DNA from: an uncultured Eubacteriales bacterium
GTDB lineage: Bacteria; Bacillota; Clostridia; Christensenellales; UBA1242
Assembly (NCBI GenBank): GCA_948512295.1
Contig: CAOQRA010000002.1
Location: 25,877 to 89,876, forward strand
Direction: 5' to 3'
DNA: 64,000 nt
Made by a program: the position numbers and the translations under genes. Under the pieces are notes generated by a model, which searched no databases, was not told the DNA's origin, and was given only the letters and a program-made list of their open reading frames with translations. The first letter of the stretch is position 1. Each line of letters opens with the position of its first letter. Shown here piece after piece: positions 60,260 through 64,000 of this stretch.

Positions 60260-60841
60260 ATGAATATACAAATAGTACCTATCATCGAAAGTATAGATGA
60301 AAATAAATTAGTACCTACAGCGAAAACTGTTTATAGGGACTGCATTATGCTTGTTGTAAAGCACCCAAGCGAGGCAAAATTTTTATATTTACATAATAAG
60401 AAATTTGGCTGGAATGTTTTGGTTCAAGGCGGCATTGAAGAGGATGAAAATGCCTTTGTTTCAGCAGTACGTGAACTTATAGAAGAAACTGGCTTTTACG
60501 ACATTAAAAGCATAACTAAGTTGGATTTTGAAATGGATAATGTGTATTTTGCAGCTCATAAAAATCAAAATCGTTACGCCATCATAAAAACCTTTTACAT
60601 AGAATTAAATAGTTTGAAACAAAAAGAGCACGAAATAGAATCAGACATAAAATTTGATAGTTACGAAAATCTGTATGACATTTTTGGTGCACCTTTTAGA
60701 CATCATTATTATTTATTAGGCATAGCAACTGGCAAACAGAGAAATGAGGCAAATACTTGTGAGTCAAAGCTTGGCAGTTTGGACCTAGTTAATCATAAAG
60801 TTACATATCGTAAGATAAATGAATTGCCGAAATCTAAATGA
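60260..60841 (+). CDS. NUDIX hydrolase
   Basis: Nudix box GGIEEDENAFVSAVRELIEETGF. Confidence 0.8.
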   Translation: MNIQIVPIIESIDENKLVPTAKTVYRDCIMLVVKHPSEAKFLYLHNKKFGWNVLVQGGIEEDENAFVSAVRELIEETGFYDIKSITKLDFEMDNVYFAAHKNQNRYAIIKTFYIELNSLKQKEHEIESDIKFDSYENLYDIFGAPFRHHYYLLGIATGKQRNEANTCESKLGSLDLVNHKVTYRKINELPKSK

Positions 60842-60913
60842 AAAATTCGGTAAGCTAAGCCATGAAAATAAATAGAGTTTGGAGAACGACATGAATATAT
60901 TTATGGTGGCGAT

Positions 60914-61153
60914 TTGAAAATTCACTGTAGAAAACTAGGCTACTTGCAAGGAAAGTCGTCAAGAATTATTTCCCTCTATTATCCGAAAAACAAAGTTGTT
61001 TCTGTCAAAGTGTGTTACGAAGTTTCTGGGCTTGTAGGGACAGAAACGGGTGCGATGGGGCTTTTGCCTATAACGCTTACAAGCCAGCTTGTTGCGGGGC
61101 ATAGTATTTTGTTTGACAAGACGCCTTGCAAGAAAAAACTAAAAGAGGAGTAA
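60914..61153 (+). CDS. Possible small hypothetical protein
   Basis: 79-aa ORF with a non-ATG start, followed by a terminator-like hairpin. Weak. Confidence 0.3.
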   Translation: MKIHCRKLGYLQGKSSRIISLYYPKNKVVSVKVCYEVSGLVGTETGAMGLLPITLTSQLVAGHSILFDKTPCKKKLKEE

Positions 61154-61170
61154 AAACTCTCTTTTTTTGT

Positions 61171-61200
61171 TTGCAAAAAAAAAATATTTTATGCTATAAT
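61171..61200 (+). promoter_or_regulatory. Promoter with an A10 tract spanning the -35/spacer junction
   Basis: TTGCAA (61171-61176), 18-nt spacer beginning with A8, TGcTATAAT (61192-61200). Confidence 0.5.
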
Positions 61201-61233
61201 TTTTTAGATAATCTTAACATAGGGAGATAGGGG

Positions 61234-62763
61234 ATGAAAATTGCATTATTGGGCGCAACTGGAAACATGGGCAAGCAAGTTTTGAAAGAAGTTATGAAAC
61301 TTGAAAATATAGAATGCAAATTGCTTGTTTTGCCAAATGATAAGCGCGTAAAAGAAATAAAAAAGACATATAAAAGTCAGATGAACCGCATTGAAATAAT
61401 TTACGGAAATATAGCGGACAAATCTGCATGTGACAAAGTTGTAGACGGGACAAGCTATGTCGTTAACATGGCAGCGGTTATTCCGCCTCATTCCGACCAA
61501 TATCCACAGAAAGCGATTGAATGCAATGAAGTTGGCGTAAACTCGCTCGTTTCTGTCATAGAGGGCATGAAACACCAACCAAAACTTATACATATTTCAA
61601 CGATTGCACTTTATGGCAATCGCAATGAAAGGCATCCTTGGGCACGAGTGGGGGATCCGCTTCTTATTAGTCCATTTGATATTTATTCCATCACTAAACT
61701 TCGTGGTGAATTTCGGGTGCTGGAAAGCAATATTATAAACAGAGTGGTTTTGCGTCAGACCGCAATGCTGCATGAAAATATGTTAAAAGATAATATGAGT
61801 GACGGGCTTATGTTCCACACTTGTTTTAATGCACCGCTTGAGTGGGTTACAGCTGAAGATAGTGGATTACTTATTGCAAACATTATAAAACGAGATATGC
61901 AAGAAGATTTATCCAAAGTTTTCTGGGGCAAAGTTTTTAACATTGGAGGAGGCATCAAAAACTGCGTCACAGGCTATGACGTGCTTAACGATGGTTTTGC
62001 CATCATTGGAGGTTCTGTCAAAGATTTCTTTGAGCCGAATTACAATGCGACTCGCAATTTCCATGGCGTATGGTTTTATGATAGTCATGTGCTTGATGAC
62101 ATGTTTAATTATCAGCGTCAAACAACTGATGATTTTTGGACAAAGTTTAAAGATACTCACAAAATTTTAAAACTTGGGAAAATTGTTCCAAAGAAACTTA
62201 TAAAAAGTTTTGCAATTAAGCGTCTATTTAAAAATTATAACAGCCCAGCCTATTGGATAAAGCATGATCATACAAAGGTGTATGCATATTTTGGCGGAAC
62301 AAATAAATATAATGCTATTGCAAAAGACTGGAAAGACTTTAATCTTTTGAATGAAAACAGAGGCATGTATGGTGGCTTTTTAGATTATAAAAAATTAAAG
62401 ATACGCCAATCTGCACGACTTATAGACCTTGGATTTAATCCAAGTGAGCCAGTAGATTTAAAAGTTTTAGACAATATAGCAAAAGCACATGGTGGCAAAT
62501 TGATTTCCAAACGTGGCGACGTGGAAGATAAGCTAGAATGGGAAAATAGCGATGGCGAACGATTTACTGCTCGTGGTTCAAGTGTGCTTGCAGGTCATTG
62601 GATGAATCCATGCTATAAAGGTGACTATTGCTGGGATTTTGACCGCCTTGCAAAAAAAGACAAAGTTTATGCTGCTTTATGGTATGATAGTCACGATACT
62701 TCAGAAAATAGATATTACTATTATGATAACGAGTTTGTAGCGCGCCAAAAGGGGATTCAATGA
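61234..62763 (+). CDS. NAD(P)-binding epimerase/dehydratase-like protein with a large C-terminal extension
   Basis: Rossmann N-terminus MKIALLGATGNMGKQV and YSITK (YxxxK). Confidence 0.7.
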   Translation: MKIALLGATGNMGKQVLKEVMKLENIECKLLVLPNDKRVKEIKKTYKSQMNRIEIIYGNIADKSACDKVVDGTSYVVNMAAVIPPHSDQYPQKAIECNEVGVNSLVSVIEGMKHQPKLIHISTIALYGNRNERHPWARVGDPLLISPFDIYSITKLRGEFRVLESNIINRVVLRQTAMLHENMLKDNMSDGLMFHTCFNAPLEWVTAEDSGLLIANIIKRDMQEDLSKVFWGKVFNIGGGIKNCVTGYDVLNDGFAIIGGSVKDFFEPNYNATRNFHGVWFYDSHVLDDMFNYQRQTTDDFWTKFKDTHKILKLGKIVPKKLIKSFAIKRLFKNYNSPAYWIKHDHTKVYAYFGGTNKYNAIAKDWKDFNLLNENRGMYGGFLDYKKLKIRQSARLIDLGFNPSEPVDLKVLDNIAKAHGGKLISKRGDVEDKLEWENSDGERFTARGSSVLAGHWMNPCYKGDYCWDFDRLAKKDKVYAALWYDSHDTSENRYYYYDNEFVARQKGIQ

Positions 62764-63656
62764 AAGTTTTAATCATTTATTTTTCAGGCACGGGAAACAC
62801 TAAACGCGTAGTTAATAAATACGCCGAGTGTCTTAAGCAAAATGAAGTGGATACGCAAGTCTTTAAAGTTGAGGATATTATTCAAAATGAAACCTTGCAA
62901 ACTTTAAGGTTTGATGAATATGATATGATTGGCATAGGCTATCCAGTACATGCCTTTAATGCACCATCTATTATTATAGACTTTGTAAAGAGTTTAACTA
63001 AGCAAAAAACAAAACGTAAGGCATTTATCATAAATACATCTGGTGAACCGTTAAAGCTTAATAATATATCATCGTTAAAAATAAGAAGAATGTTAAAAAG
63101 ACGTAATTATGAAGTTGTAAATGAATTTCATTATTGCATGCCGTATAACATTATTTTCCGCCATACTGACCTTATGGCATATAAAATGTGGCACTATGCA
63201 GAGGGGTTAATTCCTCTTGATTGTCAAACGCTTGTTAGCGGCATTAAAAACAAACCTAGCTATGTGCCAATGGGTAGACCTCTTGCTTGCATATTTAGGG
63301 TGGAACACTGGGGCGGTCGCTTCAATGGAAAGCATTACAAAGTGGACGATAAGTGTGTTAAATGCCAAATGTGTGTAAAGGTTTGTCCTACTAACAATAT
63401 AAAAATTGAAAATGGCGAATTTAAATTTGGAAAGAATTGTTTGATGTGTATGCGTTGTGCACATTTATGCAGTAAGAATGCAATCAAGATTGGATTCTTT
63501 AACAAGTGGAAGGTTAATGGGGCGTACAATTTCCAAAAGCCAGAAAGAGAGGAAGAGAACAAACATTCTCGATACTGCAAAAAATCTTATGAACGATATT
63601 TTACCGAGTGTGAAAAGCGTTTGGGCATATTAAAAGATGAAGTAAAGCACAAATAA
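62760..63656 (+). CDS. Flavodoxin-like plus 2x[4Fe-4S] ferredoxin domain protein (EFR1-type)
   Basis: MKVLIIYFSGTGNTK flavodoxin-like start. CVKCQMCVKVCP and CLMCMRCAHLC cluster motifs. Confidence 0.8.
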   Translation: MKVLIIYFSGTGNTKRVVNKYAECLKQNEVDTQVFKVEDIIQNETLQTLRFDEYDMIGIGYPVHAFNAPSIIIDFVKSLTKQKTKRKAFIINTSGEPLKLNNISSLKIRRMLKRRNYEVVNEFHYCMPYNIIFRHTDLMAYKMWHYAEGLIPLDCQTLVSGIKNKPSYVPMGRPLACIFRVEHWGGRFNGKHYKVDDKCVKCQMCVKVCPTNNIKIENGEFKFGKNCLMCMRCAHLCSKNAIKIGFFNKWKVNGAYNFQKPEREEENKHSRYCKKSYERYFTECEKRLGILKDEVKHK

Positions 63657-63737
63657 TAGGAGGAAATATTTCCTCTTTTTTCATATTGACAAATGCATGC
63701 GTTTATGCTATTATATTTGTATACGAGGGAGATAAAA

Positions 63738-64000
63738 TTGAGATATTTAACAATGAAGCATGTGGAAAAAATAGTATCTAGTTATACTGGCATGCACCAT
63801 TTTCAAAATGTAAAGAAAAAAAATTAGCGAAGATACCCCTATATTACAGCTGCGAATTGGAAGACGGTAAAAAGCGTTATTTTGAATTTACCGACTTTAC
63901 GGCAAAAGATGGTTTAAATGACGAATTGCTGACAATTCTTTTGCGTAAAATTTTAATTGAAGATTATGATGGAATATATTTTGCTTTACTTGTTGAGCAA
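63738..64000 (+). pseudogene. ORF interrupted at an A8 tract (3' end outside window)
   Basis: TTG 63738 sits 6 nt after GGGAG. The frame stops at TAG 63825-63827 just after A8 (63816-63823). The frame reached by adding one A is open to the window end (..KKLAKIPLYYSCELEDGKKRYFEF..). Confidence 0.3.

Overview
This is a low-GC, Clostridia-like (spore-former) chromosome segment, analysed by eye from the sequence and the ORF track; no searches were run. Positions 1-10.8 kb hold housekeeping and sporulation genes: the clpC 3' part, hpf, gpr, rpsT, ytfI/ytfJ-like genes, a D-Ala-D-Ala carboxypeptidase, rluB, a BaiN/YhiN-type flavoprotein, plsC and an S1-domain protein. This block ends at tRNA-Thr(CGU). 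From about 10.9 to about 56.2 kb lies a ~45 kb temperate siphovirus-type prophage, almost entirely on the + strand. It has an accessory/lysogeny arm, a replication module (SNF2 helicase, primase-helicase, VRR-NUC), HNH/terS, a 7-kb modification island, then terL, portal, protease and HK97-type capsid. These are followed by connectors, the major tail protein, chaperones with a -1 frameshift, tape measure, tail fibre, holin and two tandem large serine recombinases. The most interesting content is in the left arm. It carries a complete diversity-generating retroelement (Avd, TR, DGR-type RT, VR). Its variable repeat sits not in a tail fibre but in a lectin-fold module that, once two DGR-type lesions are repaired, reads straight into a MoxR-like AAA+ ATPase. 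That ATPase is followed by a small P-loop-like ORF and a metallopeptidase-vWA protein. I regard this as a candidate hypervariable sensor/ATPase system. Other notable items:
- An S-box (SAM-I) riboswitch controls a phage-borne metK, which lies between two DNA methyltransferases and an amidoligase/GGCT pair.
- A conserved motif, TTTTCTCTGGACTT-N9-TTTGCGGC, occurs three times at cassette boundaries.
- AAATCAAA octamer arrays sit at the cos-proximal region and near both prophage extremes.
- Glycine-rich putative receptor-binding paralogues flank the lysis/recombinase block, and no endolysin is recognisable.
- A host promoter carries a C9 tract in its spacer.

Positions 56.2-64 kb hold accessory host genes (GNAT, alpha/beta hydrolase, NUDIX, epimerase-like, flavodoxin-ferredoxin). 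The prophage ends are approximate because serine integrases leave no long att repeats.
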